The notes below the pieces were generated by a model, which ran no database searches, had not been told where the DNA came from, and worked only from the letters and a program-made list of their open reading frames with translations. Source: an uncultured virus (IMG/VR IMGVR_UViG_3300037067_003438) (lineage: Duplodnaviria; Heunggongvirae; Uroviricota; Caudoviricetes). Taken from it: DNA of 64,000 bases. Location: IMG/VR virus record IMGVR_UViG_3300037067_003438, one strand, 5' to 3'. This document shows positions 1 through 11,027 of this stretch, piece by piece; within the stretch, counting starts at the first letter, position 1, and every line of letters starts with the position of its first letter. The translations under genes and the position numbers were made by a program.

Positions 1-506
1 GAACATACAGGATACATAATATCTTTTAATTCATCAGATGTCATATTTTCCAGATCGTAAAAAAATCTTAATCCAAAAATATAGCTTTTTATAAACCACC
101 ATATACGTTTCCAGCCATATGGCATTCCGGTGAGTTCTCGCATGTTTTCACAAACACAATGTTTTTTTAATAATAATATTGTATTTTCTATTTGCTGTGT
201 TTGTACATTATATTTAAGAATTTCACACTGTTCGGATACACGATAAACATCTATTTGACAGGAGTATTCTGGAAAAAGACGACTGGCATTAAATGTAACA
301 CCACCACCACGCCAGCCATGAAATTCTGTTGTTTCTAAAGTATTATTATTCCAACTAAGTAGACCAACATGTGAGTAATTTCCACGACTCGCACGCTTTA
401 TAAACCAGGAATACCAACATTTACTACTATATAAAAATAAATCTGCGTCTTGTAAAAGAGGTCTTGCGTCTTTATAGGCTATATAAATTCTGTCATGTTC
501 ATGCAT
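1..506 (-). CDS. Permuted papain-like NlpC/P60 (YiiX/YaeF-type) protein, runs off window edge; missing from ORF track
   Basis: Manual translation MHEHDRIY...QDADLFLY...NYSHVG...GMPYGW...YPVC(S); His-before-Cys order of permuted NlpC/P60. Confidence 0.65.
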   Translation of the reverse strand, partial: MHEHDRIYIAYKDARPLLQDADLFLYSSKCWYSWFIKRASRGNYSHVGLLSWNNNTLETTEFHGWRGGGVTFNASRLFPEYSCQIDVYRVSEQCEILKYNVQTQQIENTILLLKKHCVCENMRELTGMPYGWKRIWWFIKSYIFGLRFFYDLENMTSDELKDIMYPVC

Positions 507-510
507 ATCA

Positions 511-1275
511 TTACTTGGTTTCTTTATTTTCCAATCTATTTAATCTAGACATTCTATCATCATATTGCTGTTGCTCTATTTTGTCTATTTGTTTAATCAG
601 AAGATCAAATGTGGCTTTGGTTGAGCCCCTAAATGTTGATGTAGCCGCTTCGTGTTCCAATCTCCACTTTCGCATATCAGTGGCATGACTGCCCTGTTCT
701 TCCATTTGTTTCAAATTTGTGGATGATACTAATCTTTGTTCTATTTGTATTTTTTCGTCTAATGCTTTAATTCTCTCATCAATTCTATCGGCAATTAATT
801 TTGTTTCATTTTGTAATTTATTATCTAAATCTATTAATTTAGTGGACATATCTTGCTGATGAACACTAGCTTTTCCAGCATCAAATTGACTAACAAACAA
901 TCTCTCGTTTACATCTTTTAAATCTTGTATTACTATTGATTTTACATCACGTATAGATTCGGCCTGATTGCTCAGACTGGTATATACCATGCTACTTGCT
1001 AATCCTAAAATAACTATAAATGTTCCTATCCATGGTATAGTAGCAGCGGAACGTGTAGTAGTTATATTATCAATTTTTTGAAAGACAGATTTAAATCCTT
1101 CGGTAACTGATCTCTCCATGCTTTCCAAACCACTTTGTAATCCAGAAACCTGAGTTTCTAATGCTGAAAAGCGTCCTTCTACATGCTGGGAGCCATGTTC
1201 ACCGTTTAGTATAGTACCCTCAAACGGGCAGGTGTGTGATTGTGGTGTGTTTTGGGTATTACGTGTATTAGCCAT
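511..1275 (-). CDS. Coiled-coil protein with one transmembrane segment
   Basis: Hydrophobic stretch IPWIGTFIVILGLASSMVY flanked by heptad-rich helices. Confidence 0.6.
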   Translation of the reverse strand: MANTRNTQNTPQSHTCPFEGTILNGEHGSQHVEGRFSALETQVSGLQSGLESMERSVTEGFKSVFQKIDNITTTRSAATIPWIGTFIVILGLASSMVYTSLSNQAESIRDVKSIVIQDLKDVNERLFVSQFDAGKASVHQQDMSTKLIDLDNKLQNETKLIADRIDERIKALDEKIQIEQRLVSSTNLKQMEEQGSHATDMRKWRLEHEAATSTFRGSTKATFDLLIKQIDKIEQQQYDDRMSRLNRLENKETK

Positions 1276-1298
1276 GATTATATTCCTGGTGCCTAATT

Positions 1299-1335
1299 AA
1301 AAAAAATGAAGAAAGCGGGAGTATTTCATCCCGCT
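1299..1335 (-). terminator. Rho-independent terminator
   Basis: AGCGGGA-loop-TCCCGCT followed by T-rich tract on - strand, after ORF 1354..2217. Confidence 0.6.
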
Positions 1336-1353
1336 AATCCCATGACTATATTC

Positions 1354-2217
1354 TTATTGGGTACGTGCCGCGTATGTTGCCGTAGTTGGATTGATAGCAT
1401 ACTTGTAAATCAAATTACCCTGTTCGTCGTGGGTTAATGTTGATTGTGTATCTGTATTCATCCCACCTACTGCGTTGTCTAATGCAATCGTTGGAGCAGT
1501 TGACCATTTACCGGTAAAATAGTTATAATAACCAGCACGCATAGCAGTTACAACTTTTGTCGTGCGGAAACCTCGACGCCAATGTATACTGTGTCGTGTG
1601 GAGGTTCCCATATTCTTCATAGCTGTATTTGAAACACCAGCCAATGTATATGTATTACCGTGGGCAACAACATATTTATTAGCAGTTAATGTGGCAAAAT
1701 TAGCAGATGCATTAAGGGCGTCACAATAAACCTGGGCACTAGCATAAGCTGTAGCATATACTCTATCTGTTACAATACCAGCGGCACCAGTAGCAGTAAT
1801 GGTTTGAACACCATAAAGGGCGTTTTTAGCCATACGTGGACCGGCTACAACTATACTTGCACCTGTTCCCGATGGTCCAACATTAAGACGTGTGCCAATT
1901 GCCAAACCGTGTGTAGCTGGCGTGGCAATACCAACATAACCACCTGATGTAGTCACGGTACCACTTATAGTAGTAGTAATCGAGGCAGCGGTTACACCAT
2001 TACGGGCACCACGATATACCCGAGTAGAATTATAAAAACTTTGTGGTTGTCCAAAAGCTATATTGTCTACTATACTAGCACCTTTAGCAGCCATAATAGC
2101 ACCACCCAAAACCTTTGGTTGCGAGCTAATAGCGGCATTAGAAACATCATAAAAATCATTACCAGTAACATCTGTACCAGTAGTGTTTACAATTAAATTA
2201 CGATTAGGTAAACCCAT
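1354..2217 (-). CDS. Probable virion structural protein
   Basis: T/A/G-rich composition, upstream GGTGTATAAT promoter motif and downstream terminator. Confidence 0.5.
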   Translation of the reverse strand: MGLPNRNLIVNTTGTDVTGNDFYDVSNAAISSQPKVLGGAIMAAKGASIVDNIAFGQPQSFYNSTRVYRGARNGVTAASITTTISGTVTTSGGYVGIATPATHGLAIGTRLNVGPSGTGASIVVAGPRMAKNALYGVQTITATGAAGIVTDRVYATAYASAQVYCDALNASANFATLTANKYVVAHGNTYTLAGVSNTAMKNMGTSTRHSIHWRRGFRTTKVVTAMRAGYYNYFTGKWSTAPTIALDNAVGGMNTDTQSTLTHDEQGNLIYKYAINPTTATYAARTQ

Positions 2218-2290
2218 TTTTTACAACTCCTTGTCGGATAATTGTAAATTTCCTATAAAATCCAAAATTGTAGTCCAATATCCCACTATA

Positions 2291-2974
2291 TTATACACCA
2301 TATTTCAATATAGTTGATAAATTTTGATACATATTATTTTTACCAACAATATCATCTGCAAAACCATAGAAAACAGCATCTTCCGCACTTAAAAACCAGT
2401 CTTCCTGTCTGTCTATTTTTCCTTGTAGATATTTTCTTACTTCTTTTTCACTTTTACCACCATCTACAAAATATTTGCCAGAAGAACATTTTTCGGCATA
2501 AATATTCAACATTAAGGTGGTAAGATTTTTACTCCAGGTAATGGTAGAACTTGCCACTTTTTGAGTAGAAGATGGTACTTCGATAGACCCTTCATGGATC
2601 ATACAATAAGAACTAGGCATAACCAGACGAACATCAGCGGCTTGTAAGATAAGGCTACCTATAGAATAAGCCTCACCGTGAACAATAGCGGTTACATGAC
2701 AGGGACACAAAGATATAGCATCATAAATAGTAATGCCAGCCCCCCAATCGCCCCCAATGGTAGATAAATGAATAAATATAGGTTTTTCTTCACTTTGAGA
2801 CACCAAATATTGTAGATTTTTTAGAAATAAACTAGACACTCGATAATCTATTTCTGAAGATTCTTTATTAGCATCTTCTAAATAACCATTTAAATATATT
2901 TCTCTGGTTTCTGGATTAATTGAATATTGATGTATAAAATTAAGTATTCGCCCTGTTATATCCTTTCGAGCCAT
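2291..2974 (-). CDS. clpP: ClpP-like serine protease
   Basis: IHLSTIGG, AYSIG (Ser), MIHE (His), DWFLSAEDAVFYGFAD motifs. Confidence 0.85.
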   Translation of the reverse strand: MARKDITGRILNFIHQYSINPETREIYLNGYLEDANKESSEIDYRVSSLFLKNLQYLVSQSEEKPIFIHLSTIGGDWGAGITIYDAISLCPCHVTAIVHGEAYSIGSLILQAADVRLVMPSSYCMIHEGSIEVPSSTQKVASSTITWSKNLTTLMLNIYAEKCSSGKYFVDGGKSEKEVRKYLQGKIDRQEDWFLSAEDAVFYGFADDIVGKNNMYQNLSTILKYGV

Positions 2975-3428
2975 TTACATCTCCTGGAACGCCTAGTAAT
3001 TTAAACAAGTTGCTATCAATCCTACGTAGTGTATCCTGAGTATTAAACATTTTACCTATACCAACACGTAGTCGATATGGGGAAAAAATATTCATGGTTT
3101 CTACGCCCTCAGTATTTTCTATCACTGCCGCTATTGGATTTGTGATACGAAAATTAGTATGGGCTGTCCATAAGTTAAAAACTTTAGAATAATGCGAATG
3201 TTCTGGACATGGGATTGGACCCATTGGGGTCATAAGGATTTTAGTACCCAATTTTAATCCTACGGGTTCGGCATCATATCCATCGGAATATTCTTCTGAA
3301 TCATCATCATCTTGATTATCTATATCATCATCGTATGGATTAACCCACTTTTCCCAACCGATTTTTGGTGTATCTGTTATCATAGTAGTCTTTATTTGCT
3401 TAACCATGCTGCTTTTGTTATTTACCAT
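2940..3428 (-). CDS. Hypothetical protein
   Basis: 162 aa ORF in operon context. Confidence 0.55.
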   Translation of the reverse strand: MVNNKSSMVKQIKTTMITDTPKIGWEKWVNPYDDDIDNQDDDDSEEYSDGYDAEPVGLKLGTKILMTPMGPIPCPEHSHYSKVFNLWTAHTNFRITNPIAAVIENTEGVETMNIFSPYRLRVGIGKMFNTQDTLRRIDSNLFKLLGVPGDVNGSKGYNRANT

Positions 3429-3454
3429 AAGTTCAAAACTTCATATTCTATAAT

Positions 3455-3470
3455 ATTATACACCGTTTTT
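3455..3470 (-). promoter_or_regulatory. Phage promoter motif AAAAACGGTGTATAAT
   Basis: Identical 16-mer at 19277..19292 and 24281..24296, each upstream of a gene. Confidence 0.7.
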
Positions 3471-4091
3471 AGAAAATTCACCAAACAAGACAGCATTCCT
3501 TTGGGCAAAATCTTTAGCGAGTGGAACCATAATTTCCCGCATTTGCGGATGGGATGCTTGGGCACAACGTAGTTTGAAAACATGACGCCATTCACGGGCG
3601 TTTGCAGTCATAACAATTTGTGTTTTTAGAGAATTGGGTAAAACAGCACGGGCTTTTTGTGCGGCCCAACCCTTACACAATAACATTTGATAATGTTTTT
3701 CGGCATCTAACATACTGTCAAACCAATAGGTGGACTCATTATACATTTTAGATAGAATATATTGGTCATACGTACCTGGTTCAATATCAACCCAGAGTGG
3801 TATAATAAAAGTACAACCCGATTCATATGTACAGTAGCGTGTCGATTCCTGGGAGTAGGATGCTAAACGCATTCTGACTAATTCATGGGAAAAACCACGA
3901 TCTACGGTAAAACTTACAGTTGCACTACTATGTTCTATGACAGATTCATGTCCTCTGTCTACTATTTTTTTAATAAAATTATCCGAATCTCCAGTGGGCT
4001 CACTTTGATAGCACACTCGTCCGCATTTCTCAATAAGTTTATTATCTATGTTCCAGTTCCATATTTCGTAACTTGGTTTAATTAATTTCAT
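3456..4091 (-). CDS. thyX: Flavin-dependent thymidylate synthase
   Basis: GHESVIEH, HELVRMRLASYSQESTRY, ARAVLPN, HPQMRE motifs. Confidence 0.9.
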   Translation of the reverse strand: MKLIKPSYEIWNWNIDNKLIEKCGRVCYQSEPTGDSDNFIKKIVDRGHESVIEHSSATVSFTVDRGFSHELVRMRLASYSQESTRYCTYESGCTFIIPLWVDIEPGTYDQYILSKMYNESTYWFDSMLDAEKHYQMLLCKGWAAQKARAVLPNSLKTQIVMTANAREWRHVFKLRCAQASHPQMREIMVPLAKDFAQRNAVLFGEFSKNGV

Positions 4092-4283
4092 TATTCAATT
4101 TCCTCTAATGCTTCACCTGGTACCAAATCTATAAATGTATAGTCGTTTCCTATAAGATATATGTCATGTCCATAATCCTTTTCTATAGTATAGACTATTT
4201 GATTGTTATTACTATCTAATCTTAGTTCATTAAGATAATCAAAACAATAAACTTTATCTCCTACATTATATCGAGAATTCATT

Positions 4284-4643
4284 TTAGTTTAGCACCCTGC
4301 TTGGTTTGACTACTGGTTGATCTATATTTGTTTGTGAATACGCCTCTTTTATCATTGCAACAAATTCGGGACAATTTTTATTTTTCCCATACTCATCTAA
4401 TAATTCAAATATATAACTTTCTAAATATCCATGATTAATACCATATAATAATTCGGCATACATTACCGCACATGTTTTATCATTAGTCAACCAATTAGTT
4501 TGAATATCACATCCACCATCCATCTTGCGGGCAAAAGTAATAAAACAAGGATATGGTGAATCTAAATTGGTATTTTCTTCATCGTCTGGGTCTGCATCGG
4601 GCATTTCTATCCCGAGAATACTATGTAAAATTTCTTTCAACAT
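4284..4643 (-). CDS. Hypothetical protein
   Basis: 119 aa ORF abutting neighbours. Confidence 0.5.
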   Translation of the reverse strand: MLKEILHSILGIEMPDADPDDEENTNLDSPYPCFITFARKMDGGCDIQTNWLTNDKTCAVMYAELLYGINHGYLESYIFELLDEYGKNKNCPEFVAMIKEAYSQTNIDQPVVKPSRVLN

Positions 4644-4996
4644 TAGAATATATTCCTTAAAATATTTTGTGTTAATTCATCTGTATCTATATTTAATAAT
4701 GGCACCCAATATGCATCTTTTAATTGTGTATCTAGTGGAATAATAGATGTATATATAAGTAATAAACTATCACCATAAATAAAAAAGTTTTTAGGTTGAG
4801 TGCTAATCCACTCTTCATGTAAATCAATATATTTAGATTTTATATCTGATAATACAGTGTGTATAATATTATTATCTAGTGTAAATGTTGGTAATTTTAT
4901 ATAATTCTTATCTAAAGATAGGGCGTATTGCTCACCCGTTATCAAATTTTGCCCCGTGGCAACAAATACTATTTTTACTGTATATTGTTTTGTCAT
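4643..4996 (-). CDS. Hypothetical protein
   Basis: 117 aa ORF abutting neighbours. Confidence 0.5.
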   Translation of the reverse strand: MTKQYTVKIVFVATGQNLITGEQYALSLDKNYIKLPTFTLDNNIIHTVLSDIKSKYIDLHEEWISTQPKNFFIYGDSLLLIYTSIIPLDTQLKDAYWVPLLNIDTDELTQNILRNIF

Positions 4997-5524
4997 TCAC
5001 TCACCAAATTCTTGTACATATTGTCTAATTGTATTAAATGCGGTAGATATAACACACTCTACAGCTTGACGGGTTACACCAAAATAGTTTCCCGTTTCCT
5101 GTAGATTCATTCCCTCAAAATAATATTTAGTAATATAATCCCGCTGTTTTTGTGTTACACCCCTGGTATTTAATAAATGTGAGATATATTCTTTATTATC
5201 TATATTATCTAACAAATTTTTACCAAATTTAGTTTCCACGTCTTGAAGTGGATGACATGGTATATTTTTTAAATTTTTACAATAAATTTTCAATAAAGCC
5301 GTTTTTACATATACACATCTTAAAGTAGACAATAAACAGGGTTTGTTTTCAAATCCATAATAATCTTCTTGATACTTCCAATCCGCACACATAATGGCTG
5401 TTGCCACTTCACCAATTTTATCATCGTCTTGTATTATTTGTGGTGCTAATTTTCCTCCGAATTTTATAATCATTCTTTTGGCTTGATTTAAATAAGATTG
5501 TAGAGTTTCATATTGTTGAGTCAT
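4997..5524 (-). CDS. Sigma-factor-like protein (region 4 HTH)
   Basis: C-terminal TQKQRDYITKYYFEGMNLQETGNYFGVTRQAV matches a sigma70 region 4 HTH. Confidence 0.7.
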   Translation of the reverse strand: MTQQYETLQSYLNQAKRMIIKFGGKLAPQIIQDDDKIGEVATAIMCADWKYQEDYYGFENKPCLLSTLRCVYVKTALLKIYCKNLKNIPCHPLQDVETKFGKNLLDNIDNKEYISHLLNTRGVTQKQRDYITKYYFEGMNLQETGNYFGVTRQAVECVISTAFNTIRQYVQEFGE

Positions 5525-6597
5525 TAATAATCCAATAATTGAGTGATTGTTTTAGCAGTATTATTCCAGGAAAATTGTTTGGCTGTTTCTACTCCTTGTG
5601 GATTATCGTGGATTCTATTTTTATACATATTACGCATTAATACCACACCCTGTTCAATTTGATCTTCGTCTATTTTCGCCCAGGAACCCTGCCCAAAAAA
5701 CCATTTATTGTCATAGGCTTTTTCTGTATCTATAATATGAATTAATTCTGCATTAGCTGGTGTACAAAATTCTGTGTGGGAAGAATGGTTTGTAGCAATT
5801 ACTGGTTTACCACATGCCATCATTTCTAATAATTCAAGATTCCAACCCTCTGCACGACTGGGAAAAATACCGCAATCTGCTTGACGCATCAATCCCGCTA
5901 CGTGATATTGGGTTGGGCATCTATCTATTAATAAAATTTTATCACCAAGTGGACTATTTTTATATAATTTAACCCATTTAGCAGTTTCGTCCTCATTTAA
6001 AAATGGATTCCCGGTTAGTAAGTTCAATTGAACATCATCATCTTTGGTAAACGCCCGATTAAACATTTCCACTAGTATATCATGCCCCTTACGAATTTCC
6101 CACTTTCCAGAATTGAAAAAGGTGTATGGGCGATTACCTTGTTCGGCTAGACCATGTTTACCATTTGGATAGAAGATTTTTTGGTCTACACCCAATGGGA
6201 CTACATTGACCTCGATATTAATTCCACTGTCCAACACTATTTGTTTTGCCCATTTTGAACACACAAATAATTCATCTTGATTAGATAGGTGGTGTTTTTC
6301 ACGTTCGGTAAAAGTATCTAATTCAAAAATAGGGAAACCTATATGCCTACCCTGCCCAACGGTTTCGGCAAGTGCGAATTGGTGCCACAATCGTATAGAA
6401 GGAGCCTGACTATCATATGTAGCTTGATTAGCTATCATTTGATTGAATATTGGTATATTTAATTCATCTTCTAACTGAATATTCCCTATAGGAAATAATG
6501 AAACATTATGACCAGCTTTATATAGTTCTTTTGCTATATTAGTACCTGCAACACCATAACCAAGTCCATTTATTGGAAATATTGTATTAATATTCAT
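5524..6597 (-). CDS. Glycosyltransferase, GT4-like
   Basis: RKGHD, PSRAEGWNLELLEMMACGKPVI (EX7E) motifs. Confidence 0.88.
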   Translation of the reverse strand: MNINTIFPINGLGYGVAGTNIAKELYKAGHNVSLFPIGNIQLEDELNIPIFNQMIANQATYDSQAPSIRLWHQFALAETVGQGRHIGFPIFELDTFTEREKHHLSNQDELFVCSKWAKQIVLDSGINIEVNVVPLGVDQKIFYPNGKHGLAEQGNRPYTFFNSGKWEIRKGHDILVEMFNRAFTKDDDVQLNLLTGNPFLNEDETAKWVKLYKNSPLGDKILLIDRCPTQYHVAGLMRQADCGIFPSRAEGWNLELLEMMACGKPVIATNHSSHTEFCTPANAELIHIIDTEKAYDNKWFFGQGSWAKIDEDQIEQGVVLMRNMYKNRIHDNPQGVETAKQFSWNNTAKTITQLLDY

Positions 6598-7814
6598 ATT
6601 TTATTGTCGCCTAATCGTTGTAATTCCAGTTTTATTATTTTATCTATATTATCAAAATCTTTATAATGAATAATTAATAAATTGATATTATTATCTCTAC
6701 AATAATGTTTTTTAATACGATCATATTGCTTAGTTTTGCGTAATTGAATTAATTGTTTAATTTTATTTTTTGTATATAAATTAGATGGATAATAATGCTG
6801 ATATCCATTATATTCAATACACAAATTATAATCTGATACATAAAAATCAAATCGTAATAAATAATTAGATTGAAGTCCTCTTAAATCATTAAATGTTTTT
6901 TGTGTTTTATACCTAATATTATAGTTATCTAAATATGTTGCAATAAGGTTTTCGCCCTTACTATTACGACATTGTGGACATCCCGATGTATGTAATGCTC
7001 TATGCTGAATAGTACTTTGCCAATTACATTTACATTTTTTACATAGCCACCATACACGTTTTTTACTTCCAGGTCTATAATGTTTTGGTCCTAATTTATT
7101 TTTTAAACCGTCCCATTCTTTACACAGTTCGGGGTATAATGTTAATAAATCTGTTTTTCCAACAATAACCTTGTGACCAGAACAATACGGACAGTTTGAA
7201 TTAGAAAAAGAGGATATTCTATTACTAATTGTAGTTTGCCATTCATGTCCTCTTTTACATATCCACCATACTTTTTTACTGCTTCCCCTTGTGTAATTTT
7301 CTGGACCCAACTTATTTTTGGTATAGTTCCATTCTTCACATAATTTTGGATTTATAGTTAATAAGTCGGTTTTTCCCACTAAAGGATTCCTACCAGAACA
7401 ATAAGGACATCCATTACCTTGATTTGTACGGTCTGCTATACGAGTTAACCATACTCCATAACAGACATGACATTTCCACCAGACTTTTTGATTACTACCC
7501 TGTGTAAAATTATCGAGTAAAATATCGGGATTTAATAATATATCCCAATCTTCTATAAGGTTTGGATGGGTAGTCAATACATCATTGTATCCTTTTAATA
7601 CTTTTTTATTAGCACAATATGGACATCCTATGTTGTATATCATTCGATGGTTAATATCAGAATAATATTCGTGTTCTTGTTTACATATCCACCAATATTT
7701 TTTATTTTCTCCATATGTATGATATTCTGGTTTATCTTCACCATTCAAAGTAGGATGCCATTCTTGAGCAATTTCTGGATGTGTAATAGTAATGTTATTG
7801 TTCTTGATTTTCAT
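6594..7814 (-). CDS. Zinc-ribbon-repeat (DUF4379-like) protein with C-terminal Vsr/PD-(D/E)XK nuclease; putative homing endonuclease
   Basis: Four WWxC..H/C...CPxC repeats, then SKGE, RFDFY and IEYNGYQHY. Confidence 0.75.
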   Translation of the reverse strand: MKIKNNNITITHPEIAQEWHPTLNGEDKPEYHTYGENKKYWWICKQEHEYYSDINHRMIYNIGCPYCANKKVLKGYNDVLTTHPNLIEDWDILLNPDILLDNFTQGSNQKVWWKCHVCYGVWLTRIADRTNQGNGCPYCSGRNPLVGKTDLLTINPKLCEEWNYTKNKLGPENYTRGSSKKVWWICKRGHEWQTTISNRISSFSNSNCPYCSGHKVIVGKTDLLTLYPELCKEWDGLKNKLGPKHYRPGSKKRVWWLCKKCKCNWQSTIQHRALHTSGCPQCRNSKGENLIATYLDNYNIRYKTQKTFNDLRGLQSNYLLRFDFYVSDYNLCIEYNGYQHYYPSNLYTKNKIKQLIQLRKTKQYDRIKKHYCRDNNINLLIIHYKDFDNIDKIIKLELQRLGDNKI

Positions 7815-8214
7815 TATCCGAAATAAATTCTCCGTATTGCTCCAGTTTAAGTTTTGTCATAGCTAATTTAATAGTTGAAATATCTATACATTGTTTTATT
7901 TCAGATAGTTCTACTGCCTTATCCTCTATCGCTTTTCTAATATTATATTGCACAGAATGAAGAAAATTAATAGATTGTGTTTCAAATGAGAAAGCCTGTG
8001 GCTCACTTTTACTAGGCTTAAATTCAGCCATTTTTTTTGGAGGGCGTCCGCGTTTTTTACCCATTAATTTTTTCCTTTAAATATTCGTCTACATTATAAA
8101 GTAAAATTACAATAAGTAGAATAATTAAACATCCCGCACCAACAATAGCAAATATTGGGAGCATCAGTATTATCATAAGTATACAAATAATTTGCCAAAA
8201 ATACCACAAAATTT

Positions 8215-8748
8215 TCATTTTAATTCCTCTAAAATTTCTTGAATAAATTTCTGGGGATTATTTTTCCATAAAGTTAATTGATTATACATACGATCAATAA
8301 CACCTTCTGTAATTAAATCGGTTTGCCCACACTCACGGGCACGGTCCTCGCAAACCCCCTTGTCTGTGTCTATTATAGCACATTGTAGATTTTTGTCAAG
8401 AAGAAGTAGCTCTTTTAGGGAGGATTTGGTTGTGTGGGTGCCATCGACCAAAATTGAGTATCCTTGGTCGAGATACATTCTAATTATCATATTTTTTATA
8501 GCGTGAACAAATTGTTCCGCCTCGCCCGCAAATCTTTGTCCGTGAAGGGCAATCCGAATTTTATCCGCACAAACTACAATACGTGGGGCACTTTGTAATC
8601 TACATAATTTTCCGTCGTATATTTTGGGTGTCCCTTTAATTATTTTCCAGTTGAATATATCATACTTGTGGTTCAACCAGCCTTCGGCAATTGTTGATTT
8701 TCCGCTCCTAGGACACCCGATTAAGCAATATAGTCCACCGGTAAACAT
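8215..8748 (-). CDS. P-loop polynucleotide-kinase-like protein
   Basis: GCPRSGKST Walker A, DKIR (DxxR), ILVDGT. Confidence 0.7.
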   Translation of the reverse strand: MFTGGLYCLIGCPRSGKSTIAEGWLNHKYDIFNWKIIKGTPKIYDGKLCRLQSAPRIVVCADKIRIALHGQRFAGEAEQFVHAIKNMIIRMYLDQGYSILVDGTHTTKSSLKELLLLDKNLQCAIIDTDKGVCEDRARECGQTDLITEGVIDRMYNQLTLWKNNPQKFIQEILEELK

Positions 8749-8884
8749 TATTCACCTTATTGGATTAATACAACATATAATATATAATATAAGCATAAGC
8801 ACAATACAAATTTCTGGAATGGTTTCGTCGTACCATCCAACAAGTTTAGCGGTGCGGTGAAATTTTAATAATTTTTTCCACATT

Positions 8885-9454
8885 TTACTCACCCTTTTTA
8901 AGAATATACTTATTTATGTCTATCCAATTTATGACTGGTTTTCCTGTATAAAATTTGGTCCACTCTGCAAACATATACGTAACCATGCCTGTATTAACCT
9001 TACCATCCTCTCTTAGAGGTTCGCCCAACATTGGATAGCGTGAAAAAACCCAAATTTGTGAAAGTGGAAATAATTTATCAGTCCACACTTCGTCATAGCG
9101 TTTTTTTCCATGTAGATACGATAACGGTAAAAGAAAAATAAATCGACGACATACAGTCTTGGCTTTTTGAATAAATTCGTGTGCTAAACTGAATGGTGGA
9201 TTGGAAATTATAGTATCGTAATATTCAGTTTCGGTAAAAAAATCTTTTTCTATATCATAATATGTTGGTGTATACCCCTTTTCCTCTAAAATTTTTACGA
9301 TTGCTCCATTTCCACATGCCGGTTCTAATATTGTTCCAGTAAAAGTAATTCTATCAAGTAATTCTCTTGTTAGACAATATGGGGTTTCATATAGGTCAGA
9401 TTTTTTTCTTTTACCACTGGCGTTATTACACGAAAAATTTTTTCCTTTAGTCAT
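8885..9454 (-). CDS. DNA amino-methyltransferase (likely m6A)
   Basis: ILEPACGNG SAM motif and NPPF catalytic motif. Confidence 0.8.
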   Translation of the reverse strand: MTKGKNFSCNNASGKRKKSDLYETPYCLTRELLDRITFTGTILEPACGNGAIVKILEEKGYTPTYYDIEKDFFTETEYYDTIISNPPFSLAHEFIQKAKTVCRRFIFLLPLSYLHGKKRYDEVWTDKLFPLSQIWVFSRYPMLGEPLREDGKVNTGMVTYMFAEWTKFYTGKPVINWIDINKYILKKGE

Positions 9455-9743
9455 TTATTTCCTCATATTTTGTTGCAAATACATCTGGTTTGCAGGGATA
9501 GAACTCGCCTTTAGTGCCCTTAATAATCCAATCTCCGTGACGGGCAATCATATCACCCTCTAATGTGGGAATGACTAGTTCAATCCATGGTCCTGTTTCA
9601 TTGCAGGTATCTGAATATGTATTAACACTATAATGATTATGCATAGTGATTAAATTATCCATAAATTTGACAATTTCCTGCCAGTTTTTCCAATTTAATT
9701 GTACAGCTTCAATGACGATAGGTTTGCTAACAAATTTTCCCAT
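9447..9743 (-). CDS. Conserved phage hypothetical protein
   Basis: TLEG..A..GDWIIKG..GEFYPCKPD.F motif common in phage proteins. Confidence 0.65.
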   Translation of the reverse strand: MGKFVSKPIVIEAVQLNWKNWQEIVKFMDNLITMHNHYSVNTYSDTCNETGPWIELVIPTLEGDMIARHGDWIIKGTKGEFYPCKPDVFATKYEEIND

Positions 9744-10203
9744 AATAATTTCCTTGAAATTTTTCTAGAAATATTGATCTATCTATGTTTTATCGCGTGG
9801 AAAAACCAATATATTAGAAATGCGGGGGTGTATAATAAAAACGCTATTGGGTAGAGTGGATAGAGTATACAGCATGTTAAAAATGCCATTAAGATATGAA
9901 AATGAATATTGGTAAATTGAAAACACACCCGCTTGTGCATTTTAACAAGCATAGCCTGTTGTTTTGTCTTACGTATTCCAACATATTTTCCCAAAAACCA
10001 CCAGGGTGCCCAATGGTTCCATTTATCAGGTAGGATGTGGGAAAAGTGTAAGACATGTCCTTTTTTATTAAGAACAAGGAAATGATACGGCCACCATGCC
10101 GAATCGCTATTTATTAAAACCAAGGTGTGAATTTTTTTGCGTAAATATAAATATTGAATACTAAGGAGGCAATTACTAAAATGTGGAGTTGTCACCTAAA
10201 TAA

Positions 10204-10458
10204 TTATTCTAAAATTTTCCCTAATGTTTGTGATAATTGTTTATTTTGAGTCATTTCTTCTACTATAGCTGGTTCGTCAACCTCACCCATAATTTTTTTA
10301 AAGTTCTTAGGACCTTCTATTACCAGAGCCTGTTTAACGACTTGTCTCTTTGCTTCTTTTCTTGAGGCTTCATCACCAGGTGTATAGGTCCAACATTTAT
10401 TGGTATTTCCCCATCTATAGCCCGGTTTACCATCTTGTGTACAACTTTGAATAGGCAT
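10204..10458 (-). CDS. Phage hypothetical protein
   Basis: MPIQSC..DGKPGYRWG start; GGAG RBS upstream. Confidence 0.6.
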   Translation of the reverse strand: MPIQSCTQDGKPGYRWGNTNKCWTYTPGDEASRKEAKRQVVKQALVIEGPKNFKKIMGEVDEPAIVEEMTQNKQLSQTLGKILE

Positions 10459-10468
10459 TATATTCTCC

Positions 10469-10858
10469 CTAAGTTGGATATTCTAAATCTTCCATACTTT
10501 CGTTTAATCCGTCTAAATCCATACGCAGATCTTTAATTTCAATTTGTTTTGGATCTTTATAATCTACTTCGCTTAATTCTACAAGATCGCCATTTTCTTG
10601 GATTTTAACATTCTCATAAGGTCCGACCAATCGTCTTAATATCTCCTGTTTAGAACATTCCAATGTGCCAATAACCCTAGATAATGACTCGTAATTCCAC
10701 CCAGTTTTTGGACATAAAATTCTAAGTATTAATTTGGTTATTGTATAATTGGCAACACCACCCAAATTTTCGGCTGTAGTATTGTCTACTATTTTTTTAG
10801 CTAGGGTTAAAATGGTTTTGTCTATAAGTTTACGCTGATCGGGTTGAATATATGGCAT
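10469..10858 (-). CDS. Conserved phage hypothetical protein
   Basis: MPYI...GVANY...GTLEC..E..RR...PYE..KI.ENGD pattern. Confidence 0.6.
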   Translation of the reverse strand: MPYIQPDQRKLIDKTILTLAKKIVDNTTAENLGGVANYTITKLILRILCPKTGWNYESLSRVIGTLECSKQEILRRLVGPYENVKIQENGDLVELSEVDYKDPKQIEIKDLRMDLDGLNESMEDLEYPT

Positions 10859-11027
10859 TGATTTATTTCCCCTAAAAATTCCGTTTGATAATCTAGTATT
10901 TCAAAAATGTTTGATAATTTTCCAGAACCAACTATTGCTGGTAATGGTTCCATATTGCCGCTGAAATTACCCGTTATCCAGTTAAAATTTTTTTCTGTTT
11001 TATTATTGGGTGAATCATATGACAATT

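Noticed and set aside
9827..9836. GGTGTATAAT on the + strand
   Set aside because: Antisense within an ORF with no downstream + strand gene; probably chance.
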